Shown here: piece by piece, positions 20,991 to 31,833 of the stretch
Position numbering within the stretch: the first letter of the stretch is position 1
Layout: the number at the start of each line of letters is the position of its first letter
Source of the DNA: an uncultured Armatimonadia bacterium
Lineage (GTDB): Bacteria; Armatimonadota; Zipacnadia; CAVVLO01
Direction of reading: 5' to 3'
Assembly: GCA_963749155.1 (NCBI GenBank)
Contig: CAVVLO010000002.1
Location: 1,408,001 to 1,472,000, forward strand
Length of the DNA stretch: 64,000 nucleotides
Program-made: the position numbers and the translations under genes
The notes under the pieces: generated by a model
The model's input: the letters and a program-made list of their open reading frames with translations, nothing else
Told to the model about the DNA's origin: nothing
Database searches by the model: none

Positions 20991-22030
20991 ATGAAAAAGC
21001 CATTAGGTAAGATTGTTGCGCTACTTCTCGTCTTGGGACTGTCCATCGCGCTCGCTTCGGTGAGTTACGCCTATGAGGTGCAACTGGCCGGTATCAGGCT
21101 TGGCGATTCCGCCACACGCCTCCTTGCGGTCTATGGCACCCCTGATGGACTCATTATCGGTGGTGGCGGTGGCAGTAGTGGGTCCGCTGGCGCCTCGATG
21201 ATGATGCCCGGTATGTCCGGCGGAATGATGATGCCCGGAATGCCAGGCGGAATGACAATGCCCAGCATGCCTACCATGCCTACAATGGGTCCAATGCCAG
21301 GAATGCCTGGCGCTTTGCCGACCCCGGCGCCGGAGGTATGGGCGGGGGCCTGCCAATGATGGGCCCAATGCCTGGTATTATGCCCCAGGCGCCTCCGATG
21401 CCACCTGGCGCGCCCGGCTCAATGGCCGGTAATATGGGTGGCGGTGCTCCTGGAGGACCGTCCTTGCCTATGATGCCTGGCCCAAGTGGAGCTGGCGCAG
21501 GTCCGGGGATGGCAGGGCCGATGCCCGGTGCCCCCTCAATGCCCGGTATGATGCCCGGTATGCCCGGTATGGGTGGTATGGGCGGGGGCGCATCCAGCGG
21601 CGGTGGCGCCGTCAACTCCATTATGCAGACGATTCAGGATATCGCGTCTTTCCGTCAGACCATGGAAAGCGCTATTATCGATTCTGCAACCGTACCGCTC
21701 AACTCTGGCGAGGTCGAGTGGCTCTATCTCCGGCCTAACGGAGTTGTCCTGGGCTTCGTCATCAACCAGGAAGGTCTGGTCACTGTTATCGTCGTGACTG
21801 GCCCCAAGTGTGATTACGCTCGCTCTGCCCTCGGCAAGGCGGGCAAGACCATCAAACTGAACGACGGCTTCAAGACTGTCATCTATCGCTACGGCGTGCC
21901 AGATGCTTTCGAGAATATGGATGGCCGCCCAACTACCGATATGGTGTTGCGGTATACCAACAAGAACAACATCGCCTTCACCTTGATGGATATGAAGGTG
22001 ACCCGCATCCACATTTGGCAGCCCGATTAA
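20991..22030 (+). CDS. Secreted protein with a long Met/Pro/Gly low-complexity insert; frameshift near 21325
   Basis: AGGAGG RBS; signal peptide ending in SYA; MPG repeats continue across both ORFs; globular C-terminus. Confidence 0.75.
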
Positions 22031-22135
22031 CAACTGGCTGCCGCAACCGGCCTGAATCAAACCGCCTGGCCCGCTACTGACCGTGGCGGGCCGGTCTGTT
22101 CTTGATAGTGGGCTTTTTAGTGGAAGTGGACCCCC

Positions 22136-23953
22136 TTGGACGCCAAAGATCAGGTCAAGGAGCGCATCGACATCCACGCTGTTATCTCTCGCTACGTCAC
22201 GCTGCGGCGGACCGGGCGCAACTGGGTGGGGCTTTGCCCCTTCCATGAGGAGAAAACAGGTTCTTTTACCGTCAACCAGGAGAAGCAGCTTTTCAAGTGT
22301 TTCGGTTGCGGGGTGGGCGGGGATGTCTTCGAGTTCATAATGAAGATAGAGGGCCTTTCCTTCCGGGAAGCCCTCGAGCAACTGGCTGCCGAAGCCGGCG
22401 TGAAGCTGGAGTTCTCTCCTGAACAGTCTCGCCAGCGCAGTGAGAAGGAACTTATCACAGAAGCCAATGAGCGCGCGGTGCGAGCTTTTCTTGCTTCGCG
22501 CAAACAGGGCGGTCTGCCCGACTGGGTGAGGGCCTTTCTCGAGGAGCGCTTCGCTCCCGAGACGCTTGAGACCTTTGATATCGGTTACGCCCCTGCCGAG
22601 GGCAAGTTGCTGTCGGGAAGATACGGCGACAAAGCCGCTGCCGTCAAAGCTTTACGACTGGCTGGCCTTGTGCGGGGCCAGGGAAACGAGTTGTACGATT
22701 ATTTTCGCGATCGCGTTATGTTCCCAATCCGCGATGCGCGCGGCAAGGTTATCGCTTTCGGGGGCAGGGCCGGGCCCGAGGGTAAACCAAAATACTTGAA
22801 CAGTCCAGAAACTCCGGCTTTCAACAAGTCGTCTACTTTGTATGGCCTCGATCGCGCAAGCCAGGCCATCCGCGAAGCGGACCAGGCAGTGCTCGTTGAA
22901 GGTTATACCGATGTGATCGCCTGTCATTCCGCAGGGCTGACGAACGTTGTGGCAACCCTCGGCACGGCTATGACCGAGAGCCACATCAGGCAGCTCAAGC
23001 GGTACACGACCAATGTTGTGCTTGCCTATGATGCCGACAGCGCAGGCATCAACGCCGCCTTGCGAGGAGCCAGGATGTTCGACCAGGCGGGACTGGCAGT
23101 TTCTGTGGCCACGATGCCCGAGGGGAAAGATCCCGACGAGGCGCTGAGAGAGCTGGGCCTTGACCGAGTAACGCAGGCCCTGGCTGAAGCCAGGTCGCTT
23201 ACCCAGTTTGCGCTGGAGAGGGCTTTTGACGCCTTTCCGTCGAATACTGAAGCCGGCAGGAAGAAGCTTGTTGCAGCGATAAGAAGCATCCTGGCCGATG
23301 TGGTAAGCCCGGTGCTTCGCGAAGATTACCTGCAGTGGACGGCAAGTCGCTGGACGGAACGCGCGCCAGCCCGGATGCCCCAGGTACTCACCGCTTTAAG
23401 GCGCGAAGTGCAGCAGGAATTGCGCGAGCGAGTCCGGGAACGGCGTCGCACCAAGCCTTCGGAGCGCGGCCAGGGCAGCGAAGCTCAGTCTGAAGAGGCC
23501 GTGGAAGAGCTGGAATTACTGGCTCCGGGCGTGGTTAAAGCTGAGAAAGAGTTAATTGGTCTCGTCTTAGCCTCGCTGAGCCAGGCGCGTGATATAATCG
23601 AGAAGGCCCATCAGGAATTTTTTACGGTTGACCTGCACCGACGAGCCTTCAACGCGCTTTCGAAAGCGATTCAGGCTTTGCCCGCGGGGCAGGGTGATTT
23701 GCCCTCTGTGGATGATATCGCCAGGCAGGCGGATGGCGATGAGCAAGTAAAGGCTTTGGTACTCGAACTGGCTGTGCTGGCTGAGCCCGAGCCAAAACCA
23801 GAACTCGTTAGCGAGTTGCTTGCCAAACTGGAAAGAGAGCAACTCGCGCGGGCAGCGGCAGCGGCGCGTGCCGAATTCAACAAGACTGGCGCGCCAGAGG
23901 CCCTGGCGCGTTATCAGGAGCTGCAGCGCAGGCTCACGACTGGCGACCAATAG
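22136..23953 (+). CDS. dnaG: DNA primase
   Basis: CPFH..CFGC zinc finger, FRDRVMFPI, KYLNSPET, VEGYTD, YDAD. Confidence 0.96.
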   Translation: MDAKDQVKERIDIHAVISRYVTLRRTGRNWVGLCPFHEEKTGSFTVNQEKQLFKCFGCGVGGDVFEFIMKIEGLSFREALEQLAAEAGVKLEFSPEQSRQRSEKELITEANERAVRAFLASRKQGGLPDWVRAFLEERFAPETLETFDIGYAPAEGKLLSGRYGDKAAAVKALRLAGLVRGQGNELYDYFRDRVMFPIRDARGKVIAFGGRAGPEGKPKYLNSPETPAFNKSSTLYGLDRASQAIREADQAVLVEGYTDVIACHSAGLTNVVATLGTAMTESHIRQLKRYTTNVVLAYDADSAGINAALRGARMFDQAGLAVSVATMPEGKDPDEALRELGLDRVTQALAEARSLTQFALERAFDAFPSNTEAGRKKLVAAIRSILADVVSPVLREDYLQWTASRWTERAPARMPQVLTALRREVQQELRERVRERRRTKPSERGQGSEAQSEEAVEELELLAPGVVKAEKELIGLVLASLSQARDIIEKAHQEFFTVDLHRRAFNALSKAIQALPAGQGDLPSVDDIARQADGDEQVKALVLELAVLAEPEPKPELVSELLAKLEREQLARAAAAARAEFNKTGAPEALARYQELQRRLTTGDQ

Positions 23954-24041
23954 TCATTCTATATACTCTTATTCCCTTGAACCAGGCTCCAAAAAATGAC
24001 CTGAAACAAGGGCTTTGCCTTCCCAAAGGGAGGGATTTGCC

Positions 24042-25136
24042 TTGGCGAAGAAGAAAAGACTTGAGACGTCGCAGGAATTCGCGGACCTTATGGTTAGAGG
24101 CCGTGACAGCGGCGCTTTGACTTATAGAGAGATCTCCGAGGCCCTTGGCGCGCGCGAGGACCTCGATACTGATGATCTGGAGCGGCTGTATCAGAAGCTT
24201 CAGGACGCTGGAGTGCAAGTGGTGCAGGAGTCCGAACAAGAAGACGAAGTCGAAACTGGCCTCAGGCGCCCAAGGCGTCCGAGAGGTTCGGAAGAAGACA
24301 TCCCCATAGAAGACTCGGTGCGTATGTACCTCCGGCGCATCGGGCGCGTGCCGTTGCTCACCTCCCAGCAGGAGGTCGAGCTGGCCAAACGCGTCGAGCG
24401 CGGTGACCGCGAGGCCAAGCGCAAGCTCATCGAGTCCAACTTCCGCCTGGTGGTCAGCATTGCCAAGAAATATGCCGGCCGCAGCGGGATGTCCTTCAAC
24501 GACCTGATACAGGAAGGTAACATAGGGCTCATCCGCGCGGTTGAGAAATTCGACTGGCGCAAGGGTTACAAGTTCAGCACCTATGCCACCTGGTGGATCC
24601 GGCAGGCTATCTCGCGCGCTATCGCAGACCAGGCGCGGACTATACGCATCCCCGTGCATATGGTCGAGACCATCAACCGGCTCGGCAAAGTGCAGCGCGC
24701 CTTGCTGCAGCGGCTGGGGCGGGAACCTTCAATCGAAGAGATAGCCCATGAGATGGAGCTGACCCCCGAGCGGGTCAGCGAGATCTTCCAGATGACCCCC
24801 GAGCCGCTTTCACTGGATGCGCCAGTGGGAGATGACCAGAGCAGCTATCTGGGCGACTTCATCCCCGATGATGAAGAGTCTTCGCCCGTCGATGCTGCCA
24901 GCAACAGAGTGCTGCGCGAGCAGCTCGAGCGAGTACTGCAGACGCTTACCCAGCGCGAGCGCGATGTGCTCAAGCTGCGCTTCGGCCTGGATGACGGTTA
25001 TCCGCGGACGCTGGAAGAGGTCGGCCAGATATTCAATGTAACCCGAGAGCGCATCCGCCAGATCGAGGCGAAAGCGTTGAAGAAGCTGCGGCATCCCAAA
25101 CGCAGTGAGAAGCTGAAAGACTACACTGAGTTCTAG
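24042..25136 (+). CDS. rpoD: Primary RNA polymerase sigma factor
   Basis: [38 protein letters not shown]; downstream of dnaG; TTG start after GGGAGG. Confidence 0.96.
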   Translation: MAKKKRLETSQEFADLMVRGRDSGALTYREISEALGAREDLDTDDLERLYQKLQDAGVQVVQESEQEDEVETGLRRPRRPRGSEEDIPIEDSVRMYLRRIGRVPLLTSQQEVELAKRVERGDREAKRKLIESNFRLVVSIAKKYAGRSGMSFNDLIQEGNIGLIRAVEKFDWRKGYKFSTYATWWIRQAISRAIADQARTIRIPVHMVETINRLGKVQRALLQRLGREPSIEEIAHEMELTPERVSEIFQMTPEPLSLDAPVGDDQSSYLGDFIPDDEESSPVDAASNRVLREQLERVLQTLTQRERDVLKLRFGLDDGYPRTLEEVGQIFNVTRERIRQIEAKALKKLRHPKRSEKLKDYTEF

Positions 25137-25158
25137 CTAAAACGAGGCCTGGCAAGTT

Positions 25159-27099
25159 TTGTCAGAGTCCCTGAAACAGGCTAACTCGCCCGACAAGCCC
25201 CAGACCGCGCTGCCCTGGCGTGGCCTAGTGCTGGCGCTGGCCCTCTTTCCCCTTAATGCTTACTGGCTCATCCACACGGAAAGAATATTCTTCGGCCCTT
25301 ATGTGACCACTATCTCACTCTTCGCCAACGTGTTGTTTATCCTCATCATAGTGGCGCTGCTCAATCTGCTAATCGCCCGCCTGTGGAAACCACTGCTCAC
25401 TCCAGCTGACCTGGGCGTGTTATACGCCTTGCTTGCACTTGGCTCGGGACTTGCGGGGATGGACAATGGCCAGGTGCTGGTGCAGGTGATGGCTTGCCCG
25501 TACTACTTTGGCGATGAGACAACCCGGTGGTTGCAGCACTTCGGCGATGAACTCTCCCCCTGGCTTGTGGTAAACAACCGAGAGGCGCTGCTTGGCTTCT
25601 TCCGCGGGCAATCCAGTCTGTATACAGTGCAGCATCTCAGGGCCTGGGCCTTACCGACGCTCTCCTGGGTGGTCCTTTGGTCCTTTATATTCTGGGGCGC
25701 GCTTGCAATCAACTCGCTGCTGGCGCCCAGGTGGCTGCGCCGAGAACGCCTCACCTACCCCATCGTCCAGGTGCCGCTCGAAATAATCAATCGCCCTCAG
25801 GAGCTTTTCTCCAACCGTATTATGTGGATGGGCTTTGCAGTCGCGGGCGGCATCGGCGTCATCAATGGCCTCAATTTTCTCTACCCGGCCATCCCGGCCA
25901 TCAAGATAGTCGGTCTGGATATGGGGACGATGATCCATAACCGGCCCTGGAGCGCCATCGGCTGGACTCCAATCACTTTCTACCCCTTCGTAATCGGCCT
26001 GGGTTTCCTGATGCCGACCGACCTGATTTTTTCCTGCTGGTTCTTCTTCTGGGTGTGGAAGGCCCAACAGGTATTTTCCGCGATGGTAGGACTGGATCAG
26101 GTGCCTGACGCCCCCTGGATAACTCAGCAGACCTTCGGGGCAGTGCTTGGCCTGGCCACGGCGCTTATCTGGAGTTCTCGCCACGACCTGGCCGATGCGA
26201 TTTCACGAAAAGGCGCGCACTGGAAGGAAGACGAACAAGCCTGGCCGATGAAGCCTCGCGTCGCGGTCGGCTTGCTTGTTATCTGCATCGTGCTGCTGGT
26301 CATCGCCTGGCATCTGGCGGGCACTCGGGTCACAATGGCCCTCTATCTTTTCCTGGGTTATTACCTGATGGGCATCACCCTGACGCGCATCAGGGCGGAA
26401 TTCGGCTCACCGGTGCATGATTTCCACTGGGTGCCAGCCGATTACATGGTGGTTAGCGTCCTGGGCTCGGCGCGAATCCCCAAAGGAGACCTGGTAGGCC
26501 TTTCGTATTTTTGGGGTTTCAATCGGGCCCAAAGGTCCAACCCGATGCCCCAACACGCCGAAAGCCTGAAAGTGGCCGAGCAGACGTCCATCCCGCTGGG
26601 CTGGCTTCAGAAATGGAGCCTTGCGACAGTGCCCTTCGGAGTGCTGGTCGGCATCTGGGCCTTCACCCACCTGGGCTACCAACTGGGTATCGCAAGCAAA
26701 TTTGGCGGGGGTTGGGGCTTCGGTTACCAGTGCTGGGACAGAACCAACTCCTGGATTGCCGCGCCAACCAACGGCGACCCGAGAGCTTTCTGGGCTATCT
26801 TGACCGGCCTTGGCACCGTGCTCGCGCTCTATTCGGCCAAGCTCAGGTTCGTCGGATGGCCTTTCCATCCCATTGGGTACGCGGTGTCCAGCTCCTGGTC
26901 TATCAACCTTATCTGGCTGCCCCTTTTAATCGCCTGGCTGGCCAAGGTGTTGATAATGCGCCACGGGGGACTGCGGAGTTTCCGCAAGGTGCGTCCCTTC
27001 TTTGTTGGGCTCATCCTGGGCGATACGCTGGTGGGCTGCGTCTGGAGCCTTATTGGCGTGTTTTCCCATCTGCGGATGTACAACTTCTGGGGCGCCTGA
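25159..27099 (+). CDS. Multi-TM membrane protein, DUF6785/DUF6784-like (putative transporter)
   Basis: More than 12 hydrophobic segments; W..ERLTYP, RIRAEFGSPVHD, WPFHPIGY, PFFVGLILGD. Confidence 0.7.
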   Translation: MSESLKQANSPDKPQTALPWRGLVLALALFPLNAYWLIHTERIFFGPYVTTISLFANVLFILIIVALLNLLIARLWKPLLTPADLGVLYALLALGSGLAGMDNGQVLVQVMACPYYFGDETTRWLQHFGDELSPWLVVNNREALLGFFRGQSSLYTVQHLRAWALPTLSWVVLWSFIFWGALAINSLLAPRWLRRERLTYPIVQVPLEIINRPQELFSNRIMWMGFAVAGGIGVINGLNFLYPAIPAIKIVGLDMGTMIHNRPWSAIGWTPITFYPFVIGLGFLMPTDLIFSCWFFFWVWKAQQVFSAMVGLDQVPDAPWITQQTFGAVLGLATALIWSSRHDLADAISRKGAHWKEDEQAWPMKPRVAVGLLVICIVLLVIAWHLAGTRVTMALYLFLGYYLMGITLTRIRAEFGSPVHDFHWVPADYMVVSVLGSARIPKGDLVGLSYFWGFNRAQRSNPMPQHAESLKVAEQTSIPLGWLQKWSLATVPFGVLVGIWAFTHLGYQLGIASKFGGGWGFGYQCWDRTNSWIAAPTNGDPRAFWAILTGLGTVLALYSAKLRFVGWPFHPIGYAVSSSWSINLIWLPLLIAWLAKVLIMRHGGLRSFRKVRPFFVGLILGDTLVGCVWSLIGVFSHLRMYNFWGA

Positions 27100-27103
27100 T
27101 TCG

Positions 27104-27132
27104 TTGACAGCGCGAGCTTTCTGGGGCATTAT
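27104..27132 (+). promoter_or_regulatory. Promoter for the second paralogue
   Basis: TTGACA-17bp-CATTAT; a similar TTGACA-18bp-CATTAT occurs at 29141-29170. Confidence 0.6.
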
Positions 27133-27188
27133 CACTTGGCTTTCAATCCACCCAGATATTCTGCACGAGAGGCAGAGGAGAAGGTCTT

Positions 27189-29135
27189 CTGGCGACCCAA
27201 ATCAGGCAAGCGGCAGGTCCGGAGATAAAAGAAAGCGAGGCCTTCCCCTGGCGGGGCCTGGTGCTTTCGTATCTCTTGCTTCCGGCTAATGCCTATTGGC
27301 TTGTCCACGCCGAAGCCGTCGGCCACGGCCCCTTCCCGACTACTATCTCGCTCTTCCCCAACGTGCTTTTTACGCTTTTCTTTGTCGTGCTGCTCAACCT
27401 CGCGGCCGCCAAATGGTGGAAACCCTTGCTCTCGCGCATCGATCTGGCCGTGATGTGGGGCATCTTGTGTATGGGCTCCTCCCTTGCTTCACTTGACCAG
27501 ATCCAGGTACTGGTGCCAATCGCCGCCGATCCGTATTACTTCGGGGTAGAAACAACCCAGTGGCTGCAACATTTCGGCGATGAGATCTCCAGATGGCTGG
27601 TTGTGACCGACAAGGAGGCGCTGCTGGGCTTCTTCAGAGGCAATTCGAGCCTCTATGAGCTGCGTCATATCAAGGCCTGGGCCACCCCGATGCTCGTCTG
27701 GACGGTGCTCTGGAGTTTCCTGGTCTGGGGAATGATAGCCATCAACGCGCTGCTGTCACCGCGCTGGCTGAGGAAAGAGAGGCTTACTTATCCTGTTGTC
27801 CAGGTGCCCCTGGAGCTTATCAACCATCCAACCAGCCTGCTCAAGAGCCGCGTTATGTGGGCGGGCTTCCTTATCGGCGCAAGCGTGACCGCGCTGGCCG
27901 GACTGCATGCTTTGTATCCCGCGATACCGGCGCCCAATGTGCGACCTATCTCGCTGCATGAAGTTTTTACCGAGCGTCCCTGGAATGCTGTCGGCTGGAC
28001 TCCAATTACTTTTTTCCCCTTCGTAATTGGCCTGGGTTTCCTGATGCCTACCGACCTGATGTTCTCTTGCTGGTTCTTCTACTGGTACTGGAAGGCCCAG
28101 CAGGTCTTCGCCGCCGCTACGGGCCTCGATCAGTCACCCGGCGCGCCGTGGATCAATCCTCAGACTTTTGGCGCCGTGATGGGCCTTGCGCTGGCGCTGC
28201 TTTATAGCTCTCGCTTTGACCTGGGCGATATGTGGCGAAGAGCCTTGAAACGAACTCAGCACCTGGTCCCGGGCCAGCCGATGGGGGCGAGAGCCTCTTT
28301 CTTGCTGCTTTTCGTCTCGCTTGCGGTGCTTGTTGCTGCCTGGAGCGTACTCGGAGTGCGCTTCTGGCTGGTAATTGTGCTGTTTGCCAGTTATTACCTG
28401 ATGGGCATCGCCATCACCCGCATCCGGGTCGAATTCGGCTCTCCTGTCCATGACCTGCATGTCACCAGCGCCGATTATATTTTGCCAACGGTCTTCGGAC
28501 CAGGCTATTTCTACAAACGTGATTTGGTTGGACTGACCTATTACTGGGCTTTCAACAGGGCGCAGCGGGCCCATGAGATGCCTCAACATGCCGAGGCGCT
28601 GAAGGTCGCCGAGCAGACCGGCCTGCCCTTGGCGCGTATGAACAAGATTTTGCTGCTCACTGTGCCCATCGGCGTGCTTATCGGCATCTGGGCGTATCTG
28701 CATATTGCCTATGACCTGGGCTCGGCATCGAAATTTACGACGAGTTGGTGGCTCGGTTTCGAAGGCTGGAGCCGCGCCGATTCCTGGATCAACGCGCCAG
28801 CCAGGCCTGACCATAACGCTGCCTGGGGAATACTCGTCGGCTTCCTCTCGGTGTTGTTCCTCTACTTTATGAAGCTGCGCTTTGTCGGCTGGCCCTTCCA
28901 CCCGATCGGTTATCCAATTTCCAACTCCTTCTCTATCCAGCTTGTCTGGATGCCGCTGCTTATCGCCTGGCTCGCGAAGATATTTGTGATGCGGCACGGG
29001 GGCCTGCGAAGCTTCCGGGCGGTGCGGCCTTTCTTCATTGGGCTGGTGCTTGGCGATGTGGTGCTGGGCTGTTTCTGGAGTCTGCTTGGCGCCATCCTGA
29101 AGCTTAAGCTCTACAGCTTCTGGGGCCAGTGGTGA
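27189..29135 (+). CDS. Tandem paralogue of the preceding DUF6785-like protein; probable CTG start
   Basis: Same motifs as the first copy. Frame is open upstream of 27261 through PWRGLVL (matches the paralogue) to CTG 27189, 8 nt after GGAG. Confidence 0.7.
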   Translation: MATQIRQAAGPEIKESEAFPWRGLVLSYLLLPANAYWLVHAEAVGHGPFPTTISLFPNVLFTLFFVVLLNLAAAKWWKPLLSRIDLAVMWGILCMGSSLASLDQIQVLVPIAADPYYFGVETTQWLQHFGDEISRWLVVTDKEALLGFFRGNSSLYELRHIKAWATPMLVWTVLWSFLVWGMIAINALLSPRWLRKERLTYPVVQVPLELINHPTSLLKSRVMWAGFLIGASVTALAGLHALYPAIPAPNVRPISLHEVFTERPWNAVGWTPITFFPFVIGLGFLMPTDLMFSCWFFYWYWKAQQVFAAATGLDQSPGAPWINPQTFGAVMGLALALLYSSRFDLGDMWRRALKRTQHLVPGQPMGARASFLLLFVSLAVLVAAWSVLGVRFWLVIVLFASYYLMGIAITRIRVEFGSPVHDLHVTSADYILPTVFGPGYFYKRDLVGLTYYWAFNRAQRAHEMPQHAEALKVAEQTGLPLARMNKILLLTVPIGVLIGIWAYLHIAYDLGSASKFTTSWWLGFEGWSRADSWINAPARPDHNAAWGILVGFLSVLFLYFMKLRFVGWPFHPIGYPISNSFSIQLVWMPLLIAWLAKIFVMRHGGLRSFRAVRPFFIGLVLGDVVLGCFWSLLGAILKLKLYSFWGQW

Positions 29136-29211
29136 CGCGGTTGACACGGCTACGCTCGCTACTGCATTATGGACCGGGCCGGTCCGCAGCTTAAGGGAGC
29201 GGCTTGATTCA

Positions 29212-31824
29212 ATGGATTCACTCGAAACGCTAACCCCAATCCGGAAGCCGCCTTCGTCCTCCGTCGATGCCGCAAGTGGCCTCGGCGAAGGTCTGCTTGC
29301 CTTGCTTGGACTCTCGGCCGGCGGCGCTCTGGCCGCAAGCTGGCAGCAGTGGCAGCTTGCAGTTGGTCCCGACTTCCTCTCCTGGCTTGCCTGTATCAGC
29401 GCTCTGCTTGGGGTGCTGGCGCTGGTGAATCTCGCGGATGTGAACTTCCCCGCGCGCTGGCTACCGGAACAGGCTTTTGTCGGCTTGGCGCTTGCCTGGG
29501 CTTTGCTTGGAGGGGCCTTGCTTGCAAGCCTGCCCAGGTTGTTCCTTCTTTTTCGCGATTATGCCGAGGCCCAGGCCCGACTCGATCCCGCTGCCGCTGC
29601 CATCGTCGGGGGTCTGCTAGGCGCTCTGCTTGCCTGGCCCTTGCTGGCTCTCTGGCAAGCCTCGCTCGCACTCGCTTGTCCCTCGGGGGCGGATAACCAG
29701 CCTCGTCTGCGCAGGCTGCTTGGGCTGGCCGGACTGGCTGTGGTGGCTGGACTTGGCCTTGCCCGGCTCGAACTGCGCTTGCCGGGTCTTTCAGCGCGCG
29801 ATGCCCTCATCCTGCTTCAGCTTGGCCCCTTTGTGGTTGCCGCGCTGGCCGTCTGGCTTGCCAGCAAGCAGAGCCTGGTCTGGCCCAGCCGGTTCTATCA
29901 TATAGAACACCCCTCTCCAAGCGCTCCCCTTGCACTTGGGGTTGCTGCCGGGGGAGGGTTGCTGGCTGGCGCCGCGGCCCTGGCGTTGCTCAGGGCAGTC
30001 CCGCTTTTGCTGCCCTGGCCTTTCTACGGTTTTGCGCCCCTCTTCATCTGGCTGGGAGCCCTTTTCTCCCTGGGTATGTATTGGCCCCCCCTGGCGACAA
30101 GAGGCGCAACAGAGCACTCACTGGGTACTCGCTTTGCCGCCTCGGCCCTTGCTTTGCTCGTGCTTATGCCTTATTTCCAAATGGCTCCAGGGCTTGTTGC
30201 CGAGGGAAAGCCCTGGCTCGCACTGGCGCTCTGGCTGGCGCTGGCTGGCCTCCCTGCCTGGCTACTTGGTGGAGCAATTGGAGCGGGCGCCTTCCGGTCC
30301 TGTTACGGCCCAGAACGCGCCAGGCATTTTGGCCTGCTGCTGCTAACAGGTTTTCTGGTTGGAGCCTGGCTTGCCGACTGGCAACTGGTGCGACTGCTGG
30401 GTCCGCAGCTTGCTCTCCTGGTACTCGCCTCCCTGACTGCTGCGACAGGCCTGCTATTTGGCGGGCTCAGGCCTGCTGCGCGTAATGCCCTTTCTCACTG
30501 GCCACTATTGCTTGCCGCGCTCTCCTGCCTGGTCTTGTTTCTGGCGCCCAGATGGGCGCTTGATCGCATAATATTGCCCGAGGTAGAAGGCGTCCAGGTA
30601 GCCAGCCAATCGGCTTCGATGCGAGGCTGGCTGGTTGTCTGCTCCGAAGAATCCGGCGCAATGACCCTTTCCTATCAGGGGGAGACGCTAACCCGGCAGG
30701 ACGGCAATTCGCCCCCGGCGCTGGAATTTGCCGAGGTGCTGGCCCAACTGGCAAGCGATGAGGCAGGCGCGCGGGCCGTCTATCGCACCCTTTGTGCGGA
30801 GGAAGCTCTCTCCCCCTCCAAGGCGACAACAGGCTGCTGGGATGTCTTTACCGAATCGGCCGATACGGCGCCCAGGCTGCTGCCAGGGGGACCTGTGCGA
30901 CTGGCCGAGGAAGTCTTGCCCACGGTGCTTGGTTATGGCGCAGGCCGGCTTCGGCTGGATTCGGGCGACCCGTGGGAACTGACTTCCGAAGATTACGCCA
31001 GGCTCAAAGAAGTGTTGGGTCCGCAAGGGATTTTTACTCGCGTGATTTCACTGGACCGGCTTGATCGCGACAGTTTTGGCCGGCTTTGTCAGACCCTGAA
31101 TCAGGCCTTCCCTGAGGGAGAGTTCTGGTTCGCTGGCCAGGATCAGCTTGTTTTTATTGGCGGGCCAGGTTACCAGGGCCTGGCTACTGAAACACTGGAG
31201 CTTGAACTTACTCTTGATGCGACCGTGCAAGAGCGGATGCAGAGCTTTGGCCTCACCAATGTGGCGGCGCTGCTTGCGTGCCGGATTGGCAAGGTCAGCG
31301 AATTTGCGGTCGGTTCGCCTTTTACTTCGGCCAACCTGGCCACCTGGCGTCCGAAGCCCTCCGCTACGCCACTTTTTGCCGCGCTGATTGCCCCGAGGCT
31401 GAACTTCAGCCAGGTGATCTCTGAGCTGAGTCTTGCCGAAGAGGACTCCCTTGTGCGGGCCGAAGCGCTGAGAGACCTGGCTGGCTTTTACTGGAAGCGA
31501 GGTCTGCCCGAGGCGGCCCTTGGCGCCTGGCGCGCTGCCTGGCAGGTGGATACTGACAATCTGCTGCCGGCCCTCGAACTCATCCAGGCCCAGCTTGATT
31601 TGAAACTGCTGGCTGATGCGCGCGCGACCCTCGAGCAAGCTGACCGCGCTTCGCGTCGCAACACGGAGCTGGATTTCCTCTGGGGCAGACTGCACGAGGC
31701 CGAAGGGGAGCTGCCTGCTGCTGAAGCCAGTTACAAGCGCGCGCGCGACGCTGCGCCCACCATCACCAAATACCGGGACGCGCTCTGGGAAGTCCGGAAG
31801 AAGCAGGGCAAGTCGCCCTGGTAG
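29212..31824 (+). CDS. Multi-TM protein with degenerate spermidine-synthase/methyltransferase-like domain and C-terminal TPRs
   Basis: About 12 TM segments, ELTSEDYARLKEVLGPQGIF, helical repeats at the C-terminus. Confidence 0.55.
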   Translation: MDSLETLTPIRKPPSSSVDAASGLGEGLLALLGLSAGGALAASWQQWQLAVGPDFLSWLACISALLGVLALVNLADVNFPARWLPEQAFVGLALAWALLGGALLASLPRLFLLFRDYAEAQARLDPAAAAIVGGLLGALLAWPLLALWQASLALACPSGADNQPRLRRLLGLAGLAVVAGLGLARLELRLPGLSARDALILLQLGPFVVAALAVWLASKQSLVWPSRFYHIEHPSPSAPLALGVAAGGGLLAGAAALALLRAVPLLLPWPFYGFAPLFIWLGALFSLGMYWPPLATRGATEHSLGTRFAASALALLVLMPYFQMAPGLVAEGKPWLALALWLALAGLPAWLLGGAIGAGAFRSCYGPERARHFGLLLLTGFLVGAWLADWQLVRLLGPQLALLVLASLTAATGLLFGGLRPAARNALSHWPLLLAALSCLVLFLAPRWALDRIILPEVEGVQVASQSASMRGWLVVCSEESGAMTLSYQGETLTRQDGNSPPALEFAEVLAQLASDEAGARAVYRTLCAEEALSPSKATTGCWDVFTESADTAPRLLPGGPVRLAEEVLPTVLGYGAGRLRLDSGDPWELTSEDYARLKEVLGPQGIFTRVISLDRLDRDSFGRLCQTLNQAFPEGEFWFAGQDQLVFIGGPGYQGLATETLELELTLDATVQERMQSFGLTNVAALLACRIGKVSEFAVGSPFTSANLATWRPKPSATPLFAALIAPRLNFSQVISELSLAEEDSLVRAEALRDLAGFYWKRGLPEAALGAWRAAWQVDTDNLLPALELIQAQLDLKLLADARATLEQADRASRRNTELDFLWGRLHEAEGELPAAEASYKRARDAAPTITKYRDALWEVRKKQGKSPW

Positions 31825-31833
31825 AAGCTAGGC

